DNA of 64,000 bases, from contig OZ025661.1 in NCBI GenBank assembly GCA_964019335.1, positions 124,001 through 188,000 of the forward strand. Reading direction: 5' to 3'. Position 1 is the first letter of the stretch, and the number at the start of each line of letters is the position of its first letter. A program made the position numbers and the translations under genes. The notes under the pieces were generated by a model that saw nothing but the letters and a program-made list of their open reading frames with translations, was not told where the DNA came from and did not search any database. This DNA is from Diplonema japonicum (Eukaryota > Protista > Euglenozoa: Diplonemea). Shown piece by piece: positions 22,764 through 34,069 of this stretch.

Positions 22764-24272
22764 GCAGAATCAACAAAGAATAAGGATAATAAATAAAAAA
22801 AGATAAATGAAACAAATAATGTAGGGAGGAAGAAGAAGAAAAAAAAAAAAAAAAAAGAGTCGGTTTTTGTTTGCACACAATATAAATCCTCACGGGATAC
22901 GCACTGCATGCTACCATTACTTTTTTTTTTTTTTTTTTTTTCTTTTTTTTTTTTCTTTCTTTGCTCTTTACAATACTGAGCAGTACTTGTTAAATACAAA
23001 AAAAAAAAAAAAAAAAAAAAAAAGAATATAACGCGTGTTGTTCTTTGCGTTTGTAACGGTTACAAAAATCTTTTTTATACCTAATAAAAAAGACTATTTT
23101 TTAACCTTACAACGCACGCAGCGATATTCTTTTTTTGAAATAACAAGTGTTTTTCTGTTCATCATCAAAAAAAAAAAAAGGGTTTTTTCTGGAAGATCCG
23201 TAACTTCGCAGAGGAAAAAAAAAAAAAAAAAAGCATGGTTTTGTAAACCGAACGAAATATTAGCGAATGGGCCACAAAGCCGAGGGCACATATCGTTTGA
23301 CGAAGTCAACAATATGTCCCTTTGCTTTTCTCAACGTTCGGGAAAGAAAAAAGAAAAAAAAAAGAAGAAGAAAAAAGAGGAAAGAATATAACTGAACAAC
23401 TCAGTTTGGCAGGGTAACCGGTAACCCTCTTTTTTATTCTCCCCCCCCCCCCCCCCCCGTTTTCAAGAGCTGCTTGAGAAAAAGACCTGCCTGAAAAAAA
23501 AAAAGAACAAAAACTTGGAGTTTTTTTTGTTTTTTTTTGTTTTTTAAAGTGGATGGATGCATCTGGTTATAAATCACCACTTGCGGGCCACTCTGCCAGG
23601 AAGAGGGAAGTAAAAAAAAAAAAAAAAAAAAAAAGAAAGAAAAGGGAAAGGGTAAGAGCTAAAAAAAAAGAGGAAACTTGGCCGGGCGCAAGCATTTGTT
23701 TTGTGTTCACGCGAAAGATGTCGCGTGCCATCCCCCCCCCCCTTTTTTTTGTTTCCCTCTGGATAAAAAAATCTTACACAAAACTGATTTTTTTTCCCTC
23801 GTTTTTTTTTTTTCCCCTTTTTAAAAAAGTGGAGGCAAAAAAGACAGCCGCCCCTTTTTCACGTCCCCCTTTTTTTGATAAGTACAATCGTGTTTCAGGT
23901 TTATCATTAAAATGTACTTTTTTTTTAAAAACTATTTGTTTCTCCCTTTTTTGTATATGAAAAAAAGGGGGTTTCTCATTGCCCTCCCCCCCGCTCCCTC
24001 CCCCCCCCCAAAAAAAAGCAAATTGAAACGTATAATAGTGGCGAAGTCTGCAGTACACACAACAAAAATCCCACATTGGAAGAAGGGAGGCAAACCAAAC
24101 AAAGGTGTCACAAACTCTTCCAGCAGTTGAAAGAGCAGGAGGAGGAAGAGGAGGAGGAGGAGAGCATTTCTGCCTGGCACCCCCCCGTAGGTTATTATCA
24201 AACTGCTACTTTGGGGAAGTCTTTTCGGCATTTTCCAGGGGAAAAAAAAACCTTTTTTTCCTTTTGCTTTTT

Positions 24273-24303
<31 letters not shown>

Positions 24304-24470
24304 CCATTTTTTTTTATTCCCCTTCTTTTTTTTTCTTCCCCCTTTTCAAAAGGAGGACAAAAAAAAGAAAAAAGAATTCTTTAAAACCAAACTGATCGGG
24401 CTTTTCATTGTCTCTTAAGAAGTACTATGAAAAAAGTTTGGCAATGGGGAGGGGGAGAGGGAAAGCAAAA

Positions 24471-24501
<31 letters not shown>

Positions 24502-24683
24502 ACCTCTTTCATACCCTGGTCCTTAACGGACCATACCACTTAGGTAACTGACGTCATAAGTGCAACACAGATAGATAAAGGAAAAAAAAAAAAAAAGAAA
24601 AGAAAAAAAAAAAGAGAAAACAAAGAGAGGGAGAATAAAACTAGAGATGTAAAAAATCGAATGTATGAATGCGGCATCAAGAA

Positions 24684-25611
24684 TCACGCTGCACAGGGCC
24701 GCGACTCGTTTAAAATGGTACCTTCCTCCTCTTGCTTTGAGGGGCAATCTTCGGAAGCTCCGTTTTCGCTTCCCTGTTCTCCTGCCGCCGCTTCCTGCTG
24801 TCTGATAAGCTGATGCTTTTCCGCAGCTTTGCTGTAGATGTGAGGGTGCGGGCAACTGTCGCCCTTCTCACAGTTCCCAGCATAGAAGTCCGAACACTTA
24901 TCAAAGTATTCGAGTTTTGTCTTCCAACAGGAGCGACACTTTCTGCACCGCAACGAGATGGAATTTTTTTTTTTAGATATCCTTTCCCACTGGTTGTGCT
25001 TGCAAGGTGGGTTGATGTCTATGACCATTCTAGGCTTGTCACTGTTAGGTCCCTTCACGCCCTTGTGATGCTGCTGGTGCTGGTGGCTATGATGGTGATG
25101 GTGATGGTGATGGTGATGGTGGTGGTGGTACTGGTAAGGCATGTGGGGCATTGGAGGGTATGGGTTTCCAATCCCTACGAACCCGCTGGTGCCATTCCCC
25201 ACCTGCTGCAACCCAACATTTGGATACAGGCTGGTGACTGCGGAAGCTTTTAGAGCAGCGGCCGCTGCTATTTGTGCCTCGTGTATCTGTTCCAACTCTA
25301 GCTCAGACAGCACAGCTGGTGCGGACGAGCACTGCCGTTTCAGGTTGTCTAAAGCGGCCGCTGCGCTCAAAGGCTGATTCTGCCGTGCTTGCATGAGCGA
25401 TGGCAGCAAGTGCATTACTTCCCACGCTGGGGCCGAGGAGAGCATTGTCTTTTTATTTATTTTATTCTTTTTTTTAAAGTTAGCATACCAGTTGGTCGTT
25501 GTACGCTTGTTGGATGTCGGCCGATGGTGCCGCTTCGCCTGCTGAGGCGCCCATTATCTCTTCAGGTGGCATCTCGTGGTCGCTTTCGCAGTCCTCGTCA
25601 TAAGGCTTCAT
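24684..25611 (-). CDS. CCCH zinc-finger protein with PPCxHNxW/CxxC module and His tract (intron 25449-25488)
   Basis: PPCKHNQW...LRCRKC..CWK followed by C-x7-C-x5-C-x3-H. A 41-codon upstream exon (MKPYDED...) joins in frame through a 40-nt GT-AG intron. Confidence 0.8.
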
Positions 25612-26204
25612 TGTGTTTTTTTTTTGTTCTTTTACTTCCTTTAATTGTTTTTTTTTTTGGGAGGGTTTATAAAGGAAATACGGGGGGGGGGGGGGGGGGG
25701 AGAGGATTTTTTAAAAAAAGAAAAGAAAAGAGGTCGTGTCTAAAAAAAAAAAAGTTTTTTTTTTCCTACCCAATCCCGTTCAACATTACTTTTGGCTTCC
25801 AGGGAAAGAAAAGGCAAAAACGTTGTTACATATCAGAAGGGTTGACCCAAAAAAAAAAAAAAAAAAATCGTTGTTCTTTCAGTGTACTTACTGTTCATAA
25901 GAAAAAGCAGACAAAGTAAAGGTATGTTCGAGCGAGGGGAAAAAAAAAAAGAAATGAGCTGTGTAAAGAAGCTTGGGCAAAAACCTCAAAAGACGACCTT
26001 TGTCTTCCTCTCCGCTGCCCACTGCGCCGCCAATAATGACAGCTGTCAAGTAGTGCTCTTACCTTAATTTTGCTAAATACCAAAGAAGAAAAAAGTTTAC
26101 TTTCAAGCAAAGCAAACCTTTAAAAAAAAGATTATTATAAGCAAGGAAGCATCGGAAGAAGGGGAAAAAAAAAAGTTTCTGCAAATAAAAAAAAAACACA
26201 CTTC

Positions 26205-26239
<35 letters not shown>

Positions 26240-26524
26240 CGAGAGAGAGAGAGAGGAATCTTCAAATTTAATGGGATAACGTGTTTAGCACAACCCCACT
26301 TAAAAACTTTACTTTTCTTTTTTTTTTTTTTTCAACAATAATCGTCCTAAAATATCATATCAGCGCTCTTGCAACGATCTTAAAAAAAAAAAAAAAAAAA
26401 AAAAAAGGAGAAGGCTAGGGATGCAAAAAAAAAAAAAAAAAAATATTGTAAAAAAACGAGAAAAAAAATTACCGGAAGGAAAATCATCCAGTGATTTTCA
26501 TTTTACAGTATATATGTGTGTCAA

Positions 26525-29500
26525 TCATTTCTGCAACAGCTCTTTAAAGGCAGCCCCAGAGCTTGCTAGAGCATTCCACCAGTTGCTGAACGTCACTTCG
26601 AGAAAGCCATCACGCTTGTTAAGCCTCTTAACTAACTTAAACGCCTTTGCGTACTTCATCTTAGGTTCGTACCACGTAAGGTCCAGCTTGGTTTCATCGA
26701 CAGGATCGTCGCGAACCACCCCTAGAGGGAGGACCCCCCAGGCGTCCCCTTCTAGATCTGTGATAAAATCTATTTCGCCGTTGTCAGGGTTGAAGATGTC
26801 AATGGTTGTGGCACCAGGGTACACCGGGACAGGAACCTGGTACTCTACGGGGGGCAACACCATCGTATCTTCCCAGCCTTCGCCTTCCCTGTGCAATATC
26901 CCTTGTATGTCGTACTTGTTGAAGTGTATGTGATCCGCACATGCAGCGTTGCTGTACCTTGGGTTCTGCGCCCTGCATCTAGAAGATGTTTCTCGGTACC
27001 AGCCCACCACATCCGATCCTTCTAGCCCGCTTACTATGTTGAAGTGTCTGATATCCTCAGCGTCCCATTCTGTTTTAGGAACGCGTTTTACCGTCTTCAG
27101 TACCATCACGGTGCCGTAGTCGGCGGGCAGCATGAATTTACCTTTCTGTTGTACGCTTCCTTTTGCTTGAACAGACAGCGGTACGCAGTCCACCTTCAGC
27201 CCCGCGAACATCATGAGCACCACGAGCCTGTACAGTTTCCCTTCCGATGGGATGTTGTCCCGTACGAACTGTCTTGAGAGCTGCATCTTTGCGCTCAGCA
27301 GCATGCTGCACATTGTCGCCACGGTGCCGACCTTTCCGCAGAACGCGCGCATCTCGTCGTCAAGGATCTCTTTAAAACCTTCTATTTTGTGCATTTCCTC
27401 GACGGCTTGTGCGTATCCCCGTGTGATGCAGCTCTGAACCAGCTCCTTCTTGTCGTCGTCGGGTTCCTCTGTGTAGTACTTTGTTAGGTATGTGAGAATC
27501 AGTTTCTCGGGTGCTTTCAAGAGCGCAGACACAGTCCAGTCGCGCACCCCCATCGCCTGCATCTCGTACCCTTCCTCGTCGCCCAATTCGGCCATCAGGG
27601 CTCCCACGCTCAGCAGAACGGATGTTACATCCTCCTGCACACACCGCAGGATTTCGCACCCATCTGTCTCAAGTCGAAGGTAAGGGAGCATGTCATTGAA
27701 GGTACCCTTGAGCTGCGCTTGCAGTCCGTGACGCCTGCTTAGGAGGAATTCTTCCAGCTTGGAGTTTGCACCCTCCAACAGCGTGTCGTGAAAGGCGAAG
27801 CCCTTCTGCATCAACACGGGGACGAGCTCGGGTGCACCGGTTAGTAGAACCGTCTCCAGGAAGTTCTTGTCAGCAGCGGAAGGGTCATAGTCGCACGTCT
27901 CAAGCAGGTGAGACAGGAGCGGCCTCATGTTTGAAAGGGCTGCTTTCTGGATGGTTGGGATAACCTCCCCAGGAGGGAGGGCCTCTATGGCCAGCATTCT
28001 GATGCAGCAGGCGTCCCGTTTGCACTTCAAGGCAACAGGGAACACATCGGCAATGACACCTTTTTCGCCACAGATGATATCAGTGGCCCAGGACGCGCCA
28101 CGTGCAGCGAGAGCCTTGCACAGGTCAAGGTCCGTGCGGCCTTCGAGGCCCTCCTTCACAAGACGCTCCACCATCTCTTCATTGTACCTCAAGTTGCGCA
28201 CCACTGAATTCACGTCCAAGAATCTCATGAAGCAGTCCCATGTGATTTCTGCACACGGTGCGCGTAACATGTACTGCACGCACACCTCTTTCTCCAAGTG
28301 GCTGGTGGCCTTCATCATCTCTGAGAATGTCAGCACATCCCTTGCATAATGCACAAAGGCACGTGACTCCACTTGCATGCCCAAATGGCGCATCATCACA
28401 GCTAACTGCTCCTTATGCCGCTGGGATACCCTCCCGGAGACCCACCAACTATTGGGGACTTGCAAACTGTGGCGGTTTGCGTCTTCTATCAGCGCACTGC
28501 CGACTTCGAAGCAAGGCTTGGAGGAACGAGGGAAGAGAGGGAGGATATCCATGAGCTCCTCCCTCGATACACAGTAAGCCTGCCTGAGAATTGTGTACAG
28601 TTGTGGCAAGCTGTGGTGCACGGCTGCCTCGAGAGCAGTCCTGCTGACCCCGCAGCCTGCGTCCATCAGCGTATTGAGAATATCGGCTGCAACCTGGCTT
28701 TTTTCATGTCTGTGTACTAAAAGGACCTTCACGATGTTACGGTCAATGGTACACGGGTGCGTGGCTGCGACACACTTCAGGACTTCCGTGTCGCTATAAA
28801 TAACAGCTTGCTCAACGAGGGCCAGGATGTCCTCTGCTGTGAGGCTCGCCTGCGCCCCTGCAAGGACGGCTCGTACACCCGCGGCACTGTATTTCAAACT
28901 ATATACGAGAAGCTTACGCAGCGAGTAGTTGAATACGTGGTACGGCACATCGAAACCCCCCTCCACCTGAGTCAGCTGCATGTCAGGTGGTGGTGCATCA
29001 AGGACTGCATGCGACTTATGAACAGCACAGACAAACAAGGCCAACCCAACATGTTTGAACGCAAGTTGATGGAAAAGGTTTCTGCACTGTGGTGCGCCCC
29101 ATTTAGCCGTGGCACCGACGATGTCGGCTGCCAAGTCATTATAGGACTTTGCCTCCCTCTCTTTGTACCAGCTCGCAACTTCTTTATAGAGCGGATCTGT
29201 AGTCAGCTTCATTCTGGGTAGAGACAGTTCCGGGGGAACTATTGCATTACGGTGACCATGCTTCTCAAGCAGCTCTTTGAGTTCGGCTTCTTTGGCCTTC
29301 CCTCTCAGCATGTAGAGCAACTTGCCGCCGTGTTCTGCAGTGCACTTCATCATTGGGGACTCGATTAGCAAACGGAGGCCTTCTACCCATGAACAGCACA
29401 GAGCTGCTGACAGCAAGCGCAGAGGAAGCTCGGTGTGTGCCTGAAGCGGAGCTAGCACATTGAGGACAACAGACAGCAGTTTCTCACATTTAGAAGAAGC

Positions 29501-31447
29501 GACATAATCGATACAAGAGAGGCCCACACTGTCGTCGGTGAGAAGCAGTTGGCGTGTGTCATCGGCCTTGTCTTGAAGGAACGACACAAAGCACTCAAGG
29601 GTCTTCCAATGCCCCTGCGCACCTGCAATGTGCAATGGGGTCCTCTGTGTGTTATCAACCTCGAACACGGCTAGGGGCGCTGTCTTTAGCATCTTCATGA
29701 TGAGGCTTGTTCCATTCACCTTTCTGCATTGCGCTGCGAAGTGCAGCATGTTCTGCCCTCTCCAATCCTTTTGCTCGATCTGTTCTTTGTTTTTCAACAA
29801 CTTGTCACTAAGCTCCAAGTCTCCAACCAACATTGCCTTGTGTGCCCATGTCAGGTAGATGTTGTCCGTCTCCTTCCCGTCGATGGCGTCCCTCAACGCC
29901 TCCTGCTTACTGTTAGTGGGCGCCGCTGCGATCAGCGACCATGTGTCTAATCCTAAGAGCTCTTTCATTGCGCTCAGTTTGTCAGAGTGGCAGTCCAGCG
30001 TTGTGGTGTTGAAGGTGCCAGTGAACCACGAGAAGATACATGTCATCATCGCAACCTCTTTCGGGGAATTGAGCGCCACGTCAAGGAGCATCACGCCCGA
30101 GGTGTCCGGGGTGAGGATTTGGCACGGGTCCGTCTTCACTGGTTCCCAGTCGGTGAGAAGGTGCTCCAGGATCTGCTTACCCACGTCTCCCTTGCAATGT
30201 GACAGCACAAGGCTGACCACCGACTGTCCCGTAGAGGAATACGGCACGTGCAGTGTCCTCTCAGCGATTGCCTTCACCACATCGACCTTGGGCGCTCTCA
30301 TGCTCACCGCGTTACACAGAAGGCTTTTCCCCAGCTCATCTGTCTTGCTATACAGCATGGGGTGCAGATCTGCAGAGACGACATCAGCAACTGTCACATC
30401 CTCCTGGTACACCTTTGCCATGAGGTCATTCCACCTGTTGTCAGGGTCGGTGAGGGTGATTGTCAGCTGCGGCACACGCTTGTTGATCCTGCACACATGG
30501 GGCACGAGCCGCAAACCTGCCATGACAGGGCAGCCCTCCAAGACTTTTATCAGCGTCTTTCCTTTTATGCCTTTTACTGTGAAGCTGGCGCCTTTAAGGA
30601 TTGTTTTGATTAGCTTCACCGTGTTCACGGCAGGCTGTTCCAAGAGCCCCGCTTCGTCTGAGCAGCTCTTGTCTGTGAGGTCCAAGACTGTGAGGGGAAC
30701 CTTGCCCTGCGTGACGAAGAGCTTTGTGACAACAGGGGGGACATGGTCACTGTCGAGGGGGGTCATCTTTTCCCATTTCTCACCATCTGTCCACAGCGCC
30801 TCGACATCGTCCACGGAGAACAGATACACACCGGGGGACTTGTAGACACCACCGTTATGTGCTAGACCGAGGCAAGGGGAGGTCCCGGAGATGATGACCT
30901 CACCGGTTGGGGTGGACCACTTTCCTTGAAGGATGTCGAGGAGGTGGCGGGGGTCTGCTTTAGAAGACACACGTGACGCGGTGCTACAAGTAGGCAAGGC
31001 GTAGGCCTTGGACTTGAACCCCCGTATGACAGCACCAAAGATGTACTTGAAACACTTCTCTTCCATAGACGCCACGTCCGGCACTTCGAGGGACACCTTG
31101 AGGAAGGATAGAATACTCTTGAAGACAGACCCGGACAGGGTGTCAAGCGACCCGTAGTGAATAACCCTCGTGCTTTCGTTGGCGATCAGGCGCACCGTCT
31201 CGTTGCAGGCTTCATTGCCGTCGGCGTAGTTAAAGTCGTAGAGCTTGCCGTCTACACTCGTGCAGCTCTTGACGCACTGTATGCGTGTGACTCCCCCTTT
31301 CTTGTTCTTCTTATAGTCGATGCACCGTTTCACCACAAGCAGCTCCTTGTCTATCTGGGGCATCGTCGCTTTGCTCAGCACCTCACCCACCACTCTATTA
31401 TAGCACAGGACCACATCTCCTACCTCGGGAGGCACGTGGGGATGCAT
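26525..31447 (-). CDS. Large ankyrin-repeat-containing protein (1640 aa)
   Basis: Long uninterrupted ORF with ankyrin-like units DWRGQNMLHFAA and DNTQRTPLHIAG. Start set at MHPHVPP after an A-run. Confidence 0.85.
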   Translation of the reverse strand: MHPHVPPEVGDVVLCYNRVVGEVLSKATMPQIDKELLVVKRCIDYKKNKKGGVTRIQCVKSCTSVDGKLYDFNYADGNEACNETVRLIANESTRVIHYGSLDTLSGSVFKSILSFLKVSLEVPDVASMEEKCFKYIFGAVIRGFKSKAYALPTCSTASRVSSKADPRHLLDILQGKWSTPTGEVIISGTSPCLGLAHNGGVYKSPGVYLFSVDDVEALWTDGEKWEKMTPLDSDHVPPVVTKLFVTQGKVPLTVLDLTDKSCSDEAGLLEQPAVNTVKLIKTILKGASFTVKGIKGKTLIKVLEGCPVMAGLRLVPHVCRINKRVPQLTITLTDPDNRWNDLMAKVYQEDVTVADVVSADLHPMLYSKTDELGKSLLCNAVSMRAPKVDVVKAIAERTLHVPYSSTGQSVVSLVLSHCKGDVGKQILEHLLTDWEPVKTDPCQILTPDTSGVMLLDVALNSPKEVAMMTCIFSWFTGTFNTTTLDCHSDKLSAMKELLGLDTWSLIAAAPTNSKQEALRDAIDGKETDNIYLTWAHKAMLVGDLELSDKLLKNKEQIEQKDWRGQNMLHFAAQCRKVNGTSLIMKMLKTAPLAVFEVDNTQRTPLHIAGAQGHWKTLECFVSFLQDKADDTRQLLLTDDSVGLSCIDYVASSKCEKLLSVVLNVLAPLQAHTELPLRLLSAALCCSWVEGLRLLIESPMMKCTAEHGGKLLYMLRGKAKEAELKELLEKHGHRNAIVPPELSLPRMKLTTDPLYKEVASWYKEREAKSYNDLAADIVGATAKWGAPQCRNLFHQLAFKHVGLALFVCAVHKSHAVLDAPPPDMQLTQVEGGFDVPYHVFNYSLRKLLVYSLKYSAAGVRAVLAGAQASLTAEDILALVEQAVIYSDTEVLKCVAATHPCTIDRNIVKVLLVHRHEKSQVAADILNTLMDAGCGVSRTALEAAVHHSLPQLYTILRQAYCVSREELMDILPLFPRSSKPCFEVGSALIEDANRHSLQVPNSWWVSGRVSQRHKEQLAVMMRHLGMQVESRAFVHYARDVLTFSEMMKATSHLEKEVCVQYMLRAPCAEITWDCFMRFLDVNSVVRNLRYNEEMVERLVKEGLEGRTDLDLCKALAARGASWATDIICGEKGVIADVFPVALKCKRDACCIRMLAIEALPPGEVIPTIQKAALSNMRPLLSHLLETCDYDPSAADKNFLETVLLTGAPELVPVLMQKGFAFHDTLLEGANSKLEEFLLSRRHGLQAQLKGTFNDMLPYLRLETDGCEILRCVQEDVTSVLLSVGALMAELGDEEGYEMQAMGVRDWTVSALLKAPEKLILTYLTKYYTEEPDDDKKELVQSCITRGYAQAVEEMHKIEGFKEILDDEMRAFCGKVGTVATMCSMLLSAKMQLSRQFVRDNIPSEGKLYRLVVLMMFAGLKVDCVPLSVQAKGSVQQKGKFMLPADYGTVMVLKTVKRVPKTEWDAEDIRHFNIVSGLEGSDVVGWYRETSSRCRAQNPRYSNAACADHIHFNKYDIQGILHREGEGWEDTMVLPPVEYQVPVPVYPGATTIDIFNPDNGEIDFITDLEGDAWGVLPLGVVRDDPVDETKLDLTWYEPKMKYAKAFKLVKRLNKRDGFLEVTFSNWWNALASSGAAFKELLQK

Positions 31448-31942
31448 TTTTTTTTTTTTTTTTTTTTTGTATAGGGTGTCACTTCGAGAATAGTATTTGT
31501 GAATTTGCCGTAAAAAACAGATGGAAAGATGTACTAAAAAAAAAAAAAAAAAAAGGAACGGGTGTGGGTGGGTGGGGACACGTTTTCCTTTTTTCTTTTT
31601 TTTTTTTTTCTTCTCTTTCTTTTTTATTTTTTTGCCGGGAGAGAAAAAGAAAAAAAAAAAAAAAAAGCAAGCAAAAAATGGTAGAGAGAAAAAAAAAAAA
31701 ACTCTTTCGAATAATCGTTGTATTACTCGCAGTCCCCCCCTCACTCATCATCAAAACACCCTTTTAAAAAAAAGAAGAAAATAAATACGCCAAGACAACT
31801 AGATGACGGTCATTAAAATCCCCCTTCCTGCATCGTTTAGACACAAGGTAATCTGGATGAGAAAACTGCCTGCCCACTAAGGATGGATTTCCTCAGCCCG
31901 ACAATATGTAGGTAAACGATAAGAAAAGCTCTTGTTTGCTCT

Positions 31943-31972
31943 CAGGTACAGGTACAGGTACAGGTACAGGTA
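31943..31972. repeat. (CAGGTA)5 microsatellite
   Basis: Five perfect hexamer units. Confidence 0.9.
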
Positions 31973-32570
31973 GAGAGAGCTATTTTTGTGTCTTGTCACC
32001 CTATTATGTCAATGAAAGACAGGAAATGGAAAACACAAATACAGTCATCAATTCAAGTTTTCTTTTTTTTTTCTTCCCCTTTCCGCACACATACAAATAC
32101 TCTTTAGATGGTTTTTTTTTTTTCTAATCGCCCAGTGCCGCCACTCTCCCTAACCAAAATTCGATAAAATCTCGGCATACAGAGAGGGGGTGCTTACTGT
32201 CTCTGGGTCTGGGATGGCAAAAAGAAAAAAAAAAAGAAAATGAAAAAGAAGGAGAGAAGCAAACATAGTAAAACAGTATAAAAAAAAAATAGAGGAGACA
32301 GATATTAAAAAAAAAAAGGAAATATTTCCCTCATCCACCCATCAACAGATTAAAACTGTATAAACATATGGTCATCACACACGAAGTCATAGTCAAAAAA
32401 AAAAACTTTTTTTTTTCCACCTCACCTTTTTTTTTAAAAAAAACTTTTCTTATTTCCGCGAGGCATTCATAACATAAGGGTAACCGTTAAATAGGAGGTG
32501 AGGAGAAACCACAAACCACAATAAAAAAAAAAAAAAAAAAAAAAAACAAAAAAAAACATCCAATCTCTCT

Positions 32571-33494
32571 CTATGTAGAACCATATGACGGATGTTTACG
32601 AACAGACCCGCCGAGAGGGTTAAGAGGGGTGCTTGGAGGTTGGAGATCTCTATTTATCTTTCGAAGGGTGTCTGTGGAATCCACGCCTGGACCACCCCAT
32701 CTCGATTCATCAAGAAAGTAACAACAACATTTGCGTCCGTAGGCATCCTTGACAGGAAGAAGCTTTAAGTCAGCACAGGTCGAGACGAAGTCGGGAACAG
32801 CAAGATCAGAGGCAACAAGGTTTTTAATCACATCGATAAGCGCAAGCAGAGTGACATCTGCCTCACCCTTCCCCCCTACAAAATCCTGACAGACAATTCC
32901 ATTTAACACATTCCTCGTGACACAGTCGGGAGTGTTATCGATGATGAGTGTTCTGTCAGGGTGCCTTCCGGTAAGTGCTAGATTCTTTGTGTACGATCCG
33001 CCTGTACCAGGGTACCATTTGTGATGCCTGTAGACACAGTGCTTGATAACGCCTTCGGGGTCGATTGCTGTAATGATGCGTTGTGCGTAGCTCCGTATGC
33101 CAGCAGTCCACACCACTACTTCGCAATTTGGAATTGAATTTGCGTATTTCAGAAATCTTGCGAGATACGGGCGTTTCACTATGGGGCCCTGTCTCCCGAA
33201 TGCGAGGGTTTCATCAAGGTCCAGGATCAACGTGAACACCGTTGCTTTTTCCTCTCGGCGGAGTGCTGGGATGATGAGGTACGTCCCCGTTTCTTTCACC
33301 ATGGAGGGGACCCTGTGTTTCCTCCGCTTCCTCCTGGAATCCGTGTAGCTGCACGCGCTTCGTCCGTCCGTTTCCTCGGTTTCTTCATCTTCGTACTCAT
33401 CCTCACGTTTCCGCCTGAAGAGTTTGAAAAATCTTGACCAATCCAACGGTTCGATTTTGTATGTGTCACTGTATGCTCCCTGGTATGCAAACAT
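32571..33494 (-). CDS. FCP1/SCP (NIF)-family HAD phosphatase
   Basis: LILDLDETL (DxDxT), KRPYL, VWTAG, YTKNL and IIDN motifs. Confidence 0.9.
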   Translation of the reverse strand: MFAYQGAYSDTYKIEPLDWSRFFKLFRRKREDEYEDEETEETDGRSACSYTDSRRKRRKHRVPSMVKETGTYLIIPALRREEKATVFTLILDLDETLAFGRQGPIVKRPYLARFLKYANSIPNCEVVVWTAGIRSYAQRIITAIDPEGVIKHCVYRHHKWYPGTGGSYTKNLALTGRHPDRTLIIDNTPDCVTRNVLNGIVCQDFVGGKGEADVTLLALIDVIKNLVASDLAVPDFVSTCADLKLLPVKDAYGRKCCCYFLDESRWGGPGVDSTDTLRKINRDLQPPSTPLNPLGGSVRKHPSYGST

Positions 33495-33583
33495 ATTCTT
33501 TTTTTTTTGTCCCCCCTCTCCTTGTTGTTGCCTTTCGCAAACCCGAAAGAAGAGACGGGAAAAAAAAAAAGAAAATGAAAAGT

Positions 33584-33907
33584 TTACAAATGCGCCATTT
33601 GCATCTCCGCCATTGAGTTTGAGGCTCTTTGGTAGCCGCTCGGTTCTTCACGGTCATGCTGCACATGCCTGTTTTGCAGGTCTAGCTGAGTCGGTGGGTG
33701 ATGGTGCTGGGTAAGCGTCCTCCCCGAGTCCATCTCCTTTTCCAGCAGCCCGTACAGGACCCTCTTTTCCTCTTTCAGGTCTTCAATATCTCTTTCCAAC
33801 CTCTGCCGGGTTTCTCTGTCTTGTTCCGTTTCTAGCTTCGCGTCCTGTTTTGAAATCCTTTCGCCTACTTCATCGAGCTTCTTCCAAATGTGTTGCTTGT
33901 AGTCCAT
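33584..33907 (-). CDS. Small coiled-coil hypothetical protein
   Basis: Charged heptad-like ORF from MDYKQH on the coding strand. Confidence 0.55.
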   Translation of the reverse strand: MDYKQHIWKKLDEVGERISKQDAKLETEQDRETRQRLERDIEDLKEEKRVLYGLLEKEMDSGRTLTQHHHPPTQLDLQNRHVQHDREEPSGYQRASNSMAEMQMAHL

Positions 33908-34069
33908 CGAGAGGGGGAGGAACCTTTCCAAGGAAAAAAAAAATAGTTGCCGAAAACGCGAGGAAAAAAAAGAAAAAAAAAGGGGGGGGGAACATTATCA
34001 ACAATGAAAAAAAAGGGGGGGGAGGGGAGAAAACCCATTACAAAACATTTTCTTTTTTCCTTGTTCAAT

